Assembly: GCA_964360335.1 (NCBI GenBank)
Contig: CAYHVH010000001.1
Location: 23,426-87,425 of the forward strand
DNA from: an uncultured Candidatus Saccharibacteria bacterium
GTDB lineage: Bacteria > Patescibacteriota > Doudnabacteria > UBA920 > 2-01-FULL-46-14
DNA length: 64,000 nt
Direction of reading: 5' to 3'
Part shown: positions 54,915 through 64,000 of the stretch, piece by piece
Layout of the letters: every line of letters begins with the position of its first letter
Numbering within the stretch: the first letter of the stretch is position 1
Notes under the pieces: model-generated
Seen by the model: the letters and a program-made list of their open reading frames with translations, nothing else
The model's database searches: none
Told to the model about the DNA's origin: nothing
Translations under genes and position numbers: made by a program

Positions 54915-54992
54915 AGGAGTATGGACAATAGGGGAATATGGTAGAGCCATTAATTTGGCCCTCTTTGCTTTTGTAGCAAAGGAGGTATTTTT

Positions 54993-57900
54993 ATGTCATC
55001 TAAAAAAAGCCAAACCGCCAATTTACCCATCAGGAAGAGCGTTACTGCCAAGCGCAACCGCTTTACGGCTACGACGGAAGTGGTGGAACTGCCGAATTTG
55101 ATCGAGATTCAAACCCAGTCCTACCGCTGGTTTTTTGAAAAAGGTTTGAAAGAGCTTTTTGAAGAGGTCAGCCCGGTCAAAGATTTTACGGGCAAAAATT
55201 TAGAGCTGCATTTCGGACAATACTTTTTGGACAAACCGAAATTTACCGAACTTGTGGCCAAGGAGCGCAATACGACCTACGAGGCGCCGCTTTACGTTCA
55301 AGTGAAACTCTTGAACAAGGCCAAGAACAAAACCAAAACCCAGGATGTTTACCTGGGCGATTTTCCGTTAATGACCAACCGCGGCACGTTTGTGATTAAC
55401 GGGGTGGAACGGGTAGTGGTCTCGCAGCTCATTAAATCGCCGGGAGTATTTTTCAGCGCGGTTTATGGCCGCGGCCGCAACTACTATGGCGCCAAGGTCA
55501 TCCCCAATCGGGGAGCGTGGTTGGAACTTGACACTGATCTCAACGGCGTGATTGGCGTGAAAATTGACCGCAAGCGCCGAATTCCGATTACCGCGCTGCT
55601 GCGGGTTTTCGGCCTTTCGGCAGACGAAGACATTCTGGCGGCGTTTGCGGATGTTGATACCAACCCCGATCTTAAATACCTGCAAAATACTTTGGAGAAA
55701 GATCTCTCCAAAAACGCCGATGAAGGGTTCAAAGAGGTTTATAAAAGAATCCGGCCGGGGGATCTGGCCACCGTAGACAACGCGCGGTCCCTGATCGAAG
55801 CCATGTTTTTTAACTTTGACCGTTATGACCTCTCTTTGGTCGGCCGCTACAAGTTCAACCAGCGGCTCGGAGTCAAAGGACGCTCAGACCGGATTTTGAC
55901 CCGCGAAGATTTGGTGGCAGTGGTCCGGGAGATTGTCCGCTTGAACAACTCCCAGGAGCCGCCGGATGACATCGATCATTTAGCGAATCGCCGAGTGCGG
56001 GCGGTGGGGGAGCTCATTCAGACAAAGTTTCGGGTGGGTTTGGCACGGATGAGCCGAATCGGCAAAGACCGAATGAGTCTGGCGGATTTGGAAACGGTCA
56101 TGCCGGCCCAGCTCATCCACGTCCGGCCGATTGTGGCGGTGATGCAGGAGTTCTTTTCTTCTTCCCAGCTTTCGCAATTTATGGATCAGACTAATCCTTT
56201 GGCCGAGCTTGAGCACAAACGGCGGCTGTCCGCGATGGGCCCCGGCGGGCTGTCGCGGGAACGGGCCGGTTTTGAGGTGCGCGATGTCCACCGGTCGCAT
56301 TACGGACGGCTCTGCCCGATTACCACGCCGGAAGGCCCGAACATTGGGCTAGTGGCCCATTTGGCATCCTATGCACGGATTAACGAATTTGGCTTTCTTG
56401 AAACTCCTTACCGGAAGGTGATCAAAGAAGGAGAGAGGCGGCGGGTAACCAATGACATTGTTTATTTAGATGCTTACGAAGAGGGACAGTATATCATTGC
56501 CCAGGCCAACACCAGAACAGACGAACAGGGTTATTTTTTGGAAGAGCGAGTTTCCGTGAGAGTCCACGGCGAGCCTTCTCTGGCCCCGACCTCCGAGATT
56601 GACTATATGGAAGTTTCTCCCAAACAGATTGTCTCGATTACTACTTCCTTGATTCCTTTTTTGGAACACGATGACGCCAACCGGGCGCTAATGGGCAGTA
56701 ACATGCAGCGGCAAGCCGTCCCCTGTATCCGGCCCCAAGCCCCGCTGGTGGGGACGGGGGTGGAAGAAAAAGCCGCTTTTGATTCGGGCCAGATTATAGT
56801 TTGCGACGCATCGGGAACGGTGACTTCAGTAACCGGCGAGAAAATTGTGGTGACCGGCGAGGACGGGACCAAACGGGAATATCTTTTAAAGAAGTTTTTG
56901 CGTTCAAATACCAGTACTAGTATCAATCAAAAACCGATTGTCCGGCGGGGCGAGAAGGTCGTCCGGGGCCAGGCTTTGGCGGATGGGCCGGCGACCGCTT
57001 CGGGTGAACTGGCTTTGGGACAAAACCTTCTGGTGGCGTTTATGTCTTGGGGCGGCTATAACTACGAAGATGCGGTGATTATTTCCTCGCGCGTCGTCCA
57101 GGACGATCGGTTTAGCTCGATTCATATCGAGGATTTCAAGGTTGACGTCCGGGATACTAAATTGGGCCCGGAGATTGTGACCCGGGATATCCCGAATGTC
57201 GGAGAGGAAAAATTGAAAGATTTGGATGAAAACGGGGTTGTCCGCATCGGTGCCCAAGTCAAGGCCGGCGATATTTTGGTCGGCAAGATTACTCCCAAAG
57301 GGGAAACAGATCTCACGGCCGAGGAAAAACTTTTACGTGTGATCTTCGGCGAAAAAGCCCGCGACGTCAAGGACACCTCTTTGACTTTACCCCATGGGGA
57401 ATACGGCAAAGTCGTCAACATCCGGGAATTTTCCCGGGAGCGAGGGGACAAATTGCCCTCCGGCGTAATTCGCTCCATCCAAGTTTCGGTGGCCGTAGTG
57501 CGGAGAATTTCCATGGGCGACAAGATGGCGGGGCGGCACGGGAACAAGGGTGTGATTTCCACCATCGTGCCGGCAGAGGATATGCCGTTTATGGCTGACG
57601 GAATGTCCGTGGACATCATTCTCAATCCGCTGGGGGTGGCCTCGCGCATGAATCTGGGACAAATTTTAGAAACCCACCTGGGGTTAGCCGCCCATAAACT
57701 GGGATATCAAGTCGTCAGCCCCGCGCTCGACGGAGTGCCGGAGGCAGTCATCAAGCAGGAGCTTATAAGGGCGGGCTACACGCCAGACGGCAAAGTGATT
57801 TTGTATGATGGGAAAACGGGAATGCCCTTCGCCGAGAAAGTTACGGTGGGTTATATCTACATGATGAAATTGCACCACCTTGTGGACGATAAAATGCACG

Positions 57901-58292
57901 CCCGTTCGACCGGCCCATATTCGCTCATTACCCAGCAACCGCTGGGCGGGAAAGCGCAGTTTGGGGGTCAGCGATTTGGCGAGATGGAAGTCTGGGCCTT
58001 GGAGGGTTACGGGGCGGCGCATACCTTGCAGGAAATGTTGACAATCAAATCGGATGACGTGGTCGGCCGATCCAGGACTTACGAGTCTATTGTTAAAGGG
58101 GAACCAATTAAAACCCCGAACATTCCTGAATCTTTCCGGGTTTTGGTTAAAGAGCTGCAGTCTCTGTGTCTGGATGTCAATCTGGTGGGCGAAGAACAAA
58201 AGCCGGACACGGAAGGGGAAGTGCAAGAGCTGGTTGCTCCGGTTTCCGAGGAGCGAGAGAAAAAGCGGGAAAAAACCCCAGCCGAAGCCTAG
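54993..58292 (+). CDS. rpoB: RNA polymerase beta subunit
   Basis: [50 protein letters not shown]. Confidence 0.99.
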   Translation: MSSKKSQTANLPIRKSVTAKRNRFTATTEVVELPNLIEIQTQSYRWFFEKGLKELFEEVSPVKDFTGKNLELHFGQYFLDKPKFTELVAKERNTTYEAPLYVQVKLLNKAKNKTKTQDVYLGDFPLMTNRGTFVINGVERVVVSQLIKSPGVFFSAVYGRGRNYYGAKVIPNRGAWLELDTDLNGVIGVKIDRKRRIPITALLRVFGLSADEDILAAFADVDTNPDLKYLQNTLEKDLSKNADEGFKEVYKRIRPGDLATVDNARSLIEAMFFNFDRYDLSLVGRYKFNQRLGVKGRSDRILTREDLVAVVREIVRLNNSQEPPDDIDHLANRRVRAVGELIQTKFRVGLARMSRIGKDRMSLADLETVMPAQLIHVRPIVAVMQEFFSSSQLSQFMDQTNPLAELEHKRRLSAMGPGGLSRERAGFEVRDVHRSHYGRLCPITTPEGPNIGLVAHLASYARINEFGFLETPYRKVIKEGERRRVTNDIVYLDAYEEGQYIIAQANTRTDEQGYFLEERVSVRVHGEPSLAPTSEIDYMEVSPKQIVSITTSLIPFLEHDDANRALMGSNMQRQAVPCIRPQAPLVGTGVEEKAAFDSGQIIVCDASGTVTSVTGEKIVVTGEDGTKREYLLKKFLRSNTSTSINQKPIVRRGEKVVRGQALADGPATASGELALGQNLLVAFMSWGGYNYEDAVIISSRVVQDDRFSSIHIEDFKVDVRDTKLGPEIVTRDIPNVGEEKLKDLDENGVVRIGAQVKAGDILVGKITPKGETDLTAEEKLLRVIFGEKARDVKDTSLTLPHGEYGKVVNIREFSRERGDKLPSGVIRSIQVSVAVVRRISMGDKMAGRHGNKGVISTIVPAEDMPFMADGMSVDIILNPLGVASRMNLGQILETHLGLAAHKLGYQVVSPALDGVPEAVIKQELIRAGYTPDGKVILYDGKTGMPFAEKVTVGYIYMMKLHHLVDDKMHARSTGPYSLITQQPLGGKAQFGGQRFGEMEVWALEGYGAAHTLQEMLTIKSDDVVGRSRTYESIVKGEPIKTPNIPESFRVLVKELQSLCLDVNLVGEEQKPDTEGEVQELVAPVSEEREKKREKTPAEA

Positions 58293-58305
58293 GATCAACC
58301 AAAAG

Positions 58306-61300
58306 ATGTTTCAAAAAACTTCGGAATTCAAAGCCGTCCAAGTGAAACTCGCTTCCCCCGAGCAGATTTTGAATTGGTCTTATGGTGAGGTAACCAAGCC
58401 GGAAACGATTAATTATCGAACCCAGCGTCCGGAAAAGGACGGCTTGTTTGATGAGAAAATTTTCGGGCCGGTCAAGGACTGGGAGTGTTATTGCGGGAAA
58501 TATAAACGGATTCGTTACAAAGGTATCATTTGCGACAAATGCGGCGTGGAAGTAACCCGCGCCCAGGTGCGGCGGGAACGGATGGGGCACATCAAACTGG
58601 CCGTACCGGTGGCCCATATTTGGTTTTTGCGCGGTGTGCCTTCGCGCCTGGGCTTGATTTTGAACCTCTCCGTCCAAGATTTGGAAAAAGTTATTTATTT
58701 CGCCTCTTATATTATCACCGAGGTCAAGGAAGACGCGCGGGCGGAAACATTGAACCAGATTGAAAAAGAATTCAAACTCAAGAAAAAGGAAATCGAGGGG
58801 CGTTACGAGAAGCTTTTCTCGAAGGCCAAGGGGGCAAAGCCTCCGACTGGGGCCGACCAGGAAGTTTGGGGCGCCCAGGTCGAAACCGAAATTGTGAAGC
58901 TTCGGGAAAACCAGCAGCACGAAGTTGTGGCCTTGGAGAAAATTCGCGATTTGGCCCGCTCGGAACTTAAAAGTCTCAAAAAGCTGCAGGTGATTTCTGA
59001 ACTAGAATACCGGGATTTGTCTCTGAAATACGGACCGGTTTTCAAAGCCAGCATTGGCGCCGAGGCGATTTGGCAGACTGTCAAAGACCTCGATTTGGAA
59101 AAACTGGTTCAGGAATTGGAGCAGGAATTGGGCAGAGCAGAGGGGGCAATAAGGCGGAAGATTATCAAACGTTTGAAGCTTGGGAAATCCTTATTGAAGG
59201 GTGGCATGCGGCCGGAATGGACGCTGATCACCGTTTTGCCGGTGATTCCTCCTGATCTAAGACCCATGGTCCAGTTGGATGGCGGCCGGTTTGCCGCTTC
59301 AGATTTAAATGATCTCTACCGCCGGGTCATCAATCGGAACAATCGTCTGAAACGGCTTTTAGAGATCAACGCTCCCGAAGTTATTACCCGCAATGAAAAA
59401 CGAATGTTGCAGGAAGCGGTGGATGCGCTAATTGACAATTCCATCCGGCACGGCAAGGAGGTTACTGCCTCCACCGGCCAGCGCCGAAAACTCCGCTCGC
59501 TGGCGGACATGCTCAAAGGCAAGCAGGGACGGTTCCGCCAGAATTTGCTTGGGAAAAGGGTGGATTATTCCGGGCGCTCGGTAATCGTGGTCGGGCCGGA
59601 GTTGAAACTCCATCAGTGCGGCTTGCCGAAACGCATGGCTTTGGAATTATTCAAACCGTTCGTGATTTCCAAACTGATTGCCCGCGAGTATGCCCACAAT
59701 GTCCGGTCCGCCAACCGACTGATTGAGCAGCAGCGTTCGGAAGTCTATGATATTTTGGAGGAGGTCACCAAAGACCATTATGTCCTTTTAAATCGCGCCC
59801 CGACCTTGCACCGCCTCGGCTTTCAAGCATTTCAGCCGGTGTTGATTGAGGGCAAAGCCATCCAGATTCATCCCATGGTCTGCCAGGCTTTCAATGCCGA
59901 TTTTGACGGAGACCAGATGGCGGTTCACGTGCCTTTAACCTCCCAAGCCCAGCAGGAAGCTAGGGAGCTCATGGTTTCTTCTCATAACTTACTGAAGCCG
60001 GCTTCGGGGGAGCCGATTATGACTCCCGATAAGGACGTGGTACTCGGTTGCTATTACATTACCTATTTTCGGATCGGGGCCTTGGGAGAAAACAAGATTT
60101 TTAGCGACGAACAGGAAGCCATTCTGGCTTATCAGTCCGGGGCCGTGTCGATTAATGCCAAGATCAAGGCCCGGATTCAGGGGAAGCTTTTAGAAACCTG
60201 TGTCGGGCGGATTTTGTTCAACCAGCTTCTTCCTCAAGAGCTCCAGTTTGTTAACGAGGTCACGGACAAGAAGCGGTTACGCCAGGTGGTGCGGGAGTGC
60301 TACCGCAATTTTGGTACGGAGCGCACAGCGGTTTTGATTGATGAGATTAAAAAGATTGGTTTTTCCCACCTTACCCAGTCAGGGTTGTCGTGGGGGATGG
60401 ATGATTTGCGGGTGCCGGTGATCAAACAGAAATTACTCCAAAGCGCCGACGAGGCCGTACAGCGGACCTACGAGCAGTATCAGGAGGGGCTACTGACCAA
60501 CGCGGAACGCTATAACCGGGTGGTCGAGATTTGGGCCGAAGTTCGAGACAAGATCACCGACGAAGTTACGAAGTCCCTCGACCAATACGGACCAGTTTAT
60601 TCGATGGTCGTTTCCGGCGCGCGCGGTTCCCTGTCGCAGGTTTCGCAGATGACCGGGATGAAAGGTTTGGTCGTCAATCCGGCCGGCGACGTCATTGAGC
60701 TGCCGGTCCGGGACAGCTTCAAAGAGGGTTTGAGCATTTTGGAATACTTTATTTCTACACACGGTTCGCGCAAAGGGATGAGCGATACGGCCTTGCGGAC
60801 TGCAGACGCCGGTTATCTCACTCGCCGGTTGGTGGATGTGGCGCAGGACGTGGTGGTCAACGAAGAAGATTGCGGCACGAAGTCCAGCATTGTAATTAAT
60901 CGCCAAGCGACGGCACAGATGGGAAAGACCGTGACCGAGCGGCTTTTCGGGCGAGTGTTGGCTCGGGATGTAGTTCACCCCCAGAGCCGCAAGACCTTGG
61001 CGAAACGCGGCCAGATTATCGATGATGTTTTGTCCCGGGATTTGGACAAGAGCGGGGCGGAAGAAATCTTGGTTCGTTCCGTACTGCATTGCACCCTGAA
61101 GCGGGGGGTTTGCATCAACTGTTATGGTTTTGATCTGGGTTACAACCGACCCGTGGAGCTGGGTGCGGCAGTAGGGATTATTGCGGCTCAGGCCATTGGG
61201 GAGCCGGGAACGCAATTGACTATGAGAACCTTCCATACCGGAGGAGTCGCTGGGTTGGACATCACTCAGGGTTTACCGCGGGTTGAGGAGCTATTCGAGG

Positions 61301-62205
61301 CGCGGGAACCCAAAGGGCAGGCGGTCGTTTCGGAAATCGACGGGCTCGTCTACACGTCGCGGCCGAATTCCAAGGAGCTCGTCATTCGGATCGAGGCCGA
61401 GGATTTGCAAAAAGACGAATATCTCTTGCCGCCGGGGAAACTGCCCCAGATTACCGATGGCGAGAAAGTCAAAAAGGGAGAGCCGATTTTGCTCGACCAA
61501 GAGGGCCAGACTTTAAAGGCCAAAAATTCCGGAGTTGCAAAGCTGGAAACCGGCCCAGACGGCCAAAAAAAGCTGGTGGTGATCCGGGAGTCGGAAAATT
61601 TCCGCGAATACGTGGTGTCCTCAGCCGTTACGCTACTTCTGAAGGATGGGGATTTGGTTGCCAAGGGGCAGCAGCTAACCGAGGGTAATCTCAATTTGCA
61701 TCAGATTATGCAGTTGCGCGGGATTGAAGCCTGTCAGAATTATGTTATCCGCGAAGTGCAGAATATTTATTCGTCGCAAGGACAGAATATTGCCGATAAA
61801 CACATCGAGATTATCGTTCGCCAGATATTTTCGAAGCTGCGGATTGTTGACCCCGGCGATTCCGAGTATTTGGTCGGCGATATTGATGACCGGCTGCGCT
61901 TGGATGAGATGAATAAAGAAATCGGCAAGCGGGGCGGCCGGAAAGCCCAGACCGAACAGTTGCTTTTGGGAATTACCAAAGCTTCACTGAATACCGAGTC
62001 TTTCCTGGCGGCCGCTTCTTTTCAGGAAACAACCCGGGTCCTGATTGAAGCCGCGGTCACCGCAAAAACCGATTATCTGCGGGGCTTAAAGGAAAACGTA
62101 ATTATTGGGAAACTGATTCCCGCCGGTACCGGTTTTAGCAAAGAGCGCTTGGTCAACCTGACGGAGCAGGTTACCCCCGCGAGTGAGCTGATGGCCGAAG
62201 AATAA
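58306..62205 (+). CDS. rpoC: RNA polymerase beta-prime subunit
   Basis: KPETINYRT, zinc ribbon, NADFDGD, GEPGTQLTMRTFH; start at ATG 58306. Confidence 0.99.
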   Translation: MFQKTSEFKAVQVKLASPEQILNWSYGEVTKPETINYRTQRPEKDGLFDEKIFGPVKDWECYCGKYKRIRYKGIICDKCGVEVTRAQVRRERMGHIKLAVPVAHIWFLRGVPSRLGLILNLSVQDLEKVIYFASYIITEVKEDARAETLNQIEKEFKLKKKEIEGRYEKLFSKAKGAKPPTGADQEVWGAQVETEIVKLRENQQHEVVALEKIRDLARSELKSLKKLQVISELEYRDLSLKYGPVFKASIGAEAIWQTVKDLDLEKLVQELEQELGRAEGAIRRKIIKRLKLGKSLLKGGMRPEWTLITVLPVIPPDLRPMVQLDGGRFAASDLNDLYRRVINRNNRLKRLLEINAPEVITRNEKRMLQEAVDALIDNSIRHGKEVTASTGQRRKLRSLADMLKGKQGRFRQNLLGKRVDYSGRSVIVVGPELKLHQCGLPKRMALELFKPFVISKLIAREYAHNVRSANRLIEQQRSEVYDILEEVTKDHYVLLNRAPTLHRLGFQAFQPVLIEGKAIQIHPMVCQAFNADFDGDQMAVHVPLTSQAQQEARELMVSSHNLLKPASGEPIMTPDKDVVLGCYYITYFRIGALGENKIFSDEQEAILAYQSGAVSINAKIKARIQGKLLETCVGRILFNQLLPQELQFVNEVTDKKRLRQVVRECYRNFGTERTAVLIDEIKKIGFSHLTQSGLSWGMDDLRVPVIKQKLLQSADEAVQRTYEQYQEGLLTNAERYNRVVEIWAEVRDKITDEVTKSLDQYGPVYSMVVSGARGSLSQVSQMTGMKGLVVNPAGDVIELPVRDSFKEGLSILEYFISTHGSRKGMSDTALRTADAGYLTRRLVDVAQDVVVNEEDCGTKSSIVINRQATAQMGKTVTERLFGRVLARDVVHPQSRKTLAKRGQIIDDVLSRDLDKSGAEEILVRSVLHCTLKRGVCINCYGFDLGYNRPVELGAAVGIIAAQAIGEPGTQLTMRTFHTGGVAGLDITQGLPRVEELFEAREPKGQAVVSEIDGLVYTSRPNSKELVIRIEAEDLQKDEYLLPPGKLPQITDGEKVKKGEPILLDQEGQTLKAKNSGVAKLETGPDGQKKLVVIRESENFREYVVSSAVTLLLKDGDLVAKGQQLTEGNLNLHQIMQLRGIEACQNYVIREVQNIYSSQGQNIADKHIEIIVRQIFSKLRIVDPGDSEYLVGDIDDRLRLDEMNKEIGKRGGRKAQTEQLLLGITKASLNTESFLAAASFQETTRVLIEAAVTAKTDYLRGLKENVIIGKLIPAGTGFSKERLVNLTEQVTPASELMAEE

Positions 62206-62282
62206 ATTCGGTCAGCGCCAGCCCTAATTGACTTTCCTCTAAAAGCCTCTGCCAGTCCGCTTTTTCTAAAATCCGGTTCCAT

Positions 62283-64000
62283 TTATCTTAGTTGCTGAAG
62301 TTTGGCCTCGAGTTTTTCCTGGCGGTCTTTTAGAACTTCAAAGTCGGCCCTAATTTTCGCCACGACTTCGGCGGGGGCTTTCTCGAGGAAGTCTTTTTTC
62401 TTAAGTTGCGCGTTCAACTTTTCCGCCACGACAGCCGTTTCCTCGAGCTCCTTTTCGGTTAAATGCTCTTCTTTTTGAGGATCAAAGTCAGGGATAATGA
62501 GGTAAACGCGGGTGTTCTCCCAGAGAAAGTAAGGCATTTTTTTATCTCCGGGTATTGCCTCAAAGTTTACCTTAACTCTGGCGAGTTTTTCGATGTTCGG
62601 TACTTGCTCCGCAAGCCACAGCTCGGGTTTCGGGTCGGCAACGTAACAGGCAAAAATTTCGGCCGGCTCCTGGCGGTATTCGCTGCGTAAATTGCGCAGC
62701 CCCGTAATTAGTGCCTGTAACATTGAGAATTTTGCGATTGCCTGCCCGCCCAAATTTCTTTTGGAAGTTGGGGCGGGTGAAGGATATTCCTGAATCATTA
62801 GCAATTCTTTGGAGAACTGCGACCAGAGGTGTTCGGTCACAAACGGGATGAAAGGGTGCCAGAGTTTGAGTAACTGTGGGAGGATGTAGAGCAAAACCTC
62901 CTGTTTGTTTTTTTCAATTTTACTGATTTCCAAATACCAGTCCGCAAATTTATTCCAGGTAAAGTCTAGCAGGAGTTCGCCGGCCTGGCCATATTGGTAG
63001 CTGTTGAAATTTTTCTGAACCTTGGCTATCAAATTCTGCAGTTCGGCGAGGATCCACTGGTCAGAGAGGGTTTGGGATTTTAACATTTCCTTCTCCCCGG
63101 CTTTAAGAGGCGGCTTCCGGACATCAGTTGCGTAAGACAAAATGAAGCGGGAGATGTTCCAAAGCTTATTGACGAAGTTTCGATAGTTCTGGATTTTTTC
63201 CTCGGAGATTTTGGTATCGTTTCCCGGAGTGGTACCGAGAATCAGAGAAAGCCGTAGCGCATCAGTGCCGTAGTTTTCAATTATTTCCAGGGGATTTACG
63301 GCATTCCCTCTGGACTTGCTCATCTTTTTTCCCTCGAAGTCCCGCACTAAGCCGTGGAGGTATACGTGCCGGAAAGGGACATCTTCCAGGACGAAGCCGG
63401 TCATGATAATCATCCGCGCGACCCAAAAAAACAAAATATCATAGCCGGTTTCGAGGATGCTGGTCGGGTGGAAGATTTTCAGGTCCTCGGTCTCCTTCGG
63501 CCAGCCGAGCGTGGAAAAAGTCCAGAGACTACTGGAGAACCACGTATCCAGGGTATCGGGGTCTTGGCTAAGTTTGGTAGAGCGGCATTGCGGGCAAAGG
63601 GTGGGCGTTTCAACCTCGACGATTGTTTGTTGGCATTCTTCGCAATACCATACCGGAATGCGGTGGCCGAACCAGATTTGTCGGCTGATATTCCAGTCCC
63701 GCAGATTTTCCATCCAATTCAAGTAGACTTTGACAAATCGCTCGGGGATGATCTTAATCGCCCCGCTGTTGACGGCGGCCGTGGCAATTTCTTTGAGGGA
63801 GGCCTGTTCATTTATTTGTAGCAGCTTACGAAAATTTTGATTTTTGATATTTAATTTTTGATTTACATTTATGAACCACTGTTTGGAAATAAGGGGTTCC
63901 ACTATTGTGGCGCAGCGGTAACAAAAACCGACATTGTGGGTGATATCCTCGGTTTTCTGCAGGAAGCCGCCGTCAGTCAAGGCCTTGGTGATTTTTTCCC
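62283..64000 (-). CDS. valS: Valine--tRNA ligase, C-terminal part (5' end beyond window)
   Basis: DWNISRQIWFGHRIP, DTWFSS, GYDILFFWVARM, KMSKS, C-terminal coiled coil. Confidence 0.97.
   Translation of the reverse strand, partial: EKITKALTDGGFLQKTEDITHNVGFCYRCATIVEPLISKQWFINVNQKLNIKNQNFRKLLQINEQASLKEIATAAVNSGAIKIIPERFVKVYLNWMENLRDWNISRQIWFGHRIPVWYCEECQQTIVEVETPTLCPQCRSTKLSQDPDTLDTWFSSSLWTFSTLGWPKETEDLKIFHPTSILETGYDILFFWVARMIIMTGFVLEDVPFRHVYLHGLVRDFEGKKMSKSRGNAVNPLEIIENYGTDALRLSLILGTTPGNDTKISEEKIQNYRNFVNKLWNISRFILSYATDVRKPPLKAGEKEMLKSQTLSDQWILAELQNLIAKVQKNFNSYQYGQAGELLLDFTWNKFADWYLEISKIEKNKQEVLLYILPQLLKLWHPFIPFVTEHLWSQFSKELLMIQEYPSPAPTSKRNLGGQAIAKFSMLQALITGLRNLRSEYRQEPAEIFACYVADPKPELWLAEQVPNIEKLARVKVNFEAIPGDKKMPYFLWENTRVYLIIPDFDPQKEEHLTEKELEETAVVAEKLNAQLKKKDFLEKAPAEVVAKIRADFEVLKDRQEKLEAKLQQLR
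62741..62777. repeat. Palindromic module in frame in valS
   Basis: CCTGCCCGCCCAAATTTC-TTTTG-GAAGTTGGGGCGGG. Confidence 0.75.

Noticed and set aside
63091-63122. valS segment KPPLKAGEKE as a decayed boxC-like unit
   Set aside because: Pairing too weak to support by eye

Overview
Core-chromosome segment around the replication origin (dciA-recF-dnaN-dnaA | rpmH-rnpA-yidD-yidC-khpB). Gene content and style suggest a Patescibacteria/CPR bacterium (inference, no database check). It carries DNA repair/replication genes (ruvABC, uvrB, polA, gyrA), cell-wall genes, a PilB-type ATPase, a tkt-glpX-aldolase-tal-pgi/pmi operon, rpoB/rpoC, tyrS, partial valS and three tRNAs. The main non-annotated signal is a set of short palindromic DNA elements from several families, often nested inside one another. 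They sit intergenically and also IN FRAME inside MurE, FemAB, PolA, RuvC, transketolase, transaldolase, PGI/PMI and ValS, adding Pro/Ser/Gly/Glu-rich peptides, reminiscent of Rickettsia RPEs. Other highlights: a c-di-GMP-II-like riboswitch with terminator/antiterminator upstream of a GGDEF cyclase; tRNA-Cys embedded at the tip of a larger structured RNA; two tandem TrmB/cargo modules ending in an identical 37-bp element; tRNA-Ile(UAU); a C2H2-like microprotein; and a 180-bp MITE-like element. All calls are by-eye motif recognition; coordinates of repeats may be off by a few bases.
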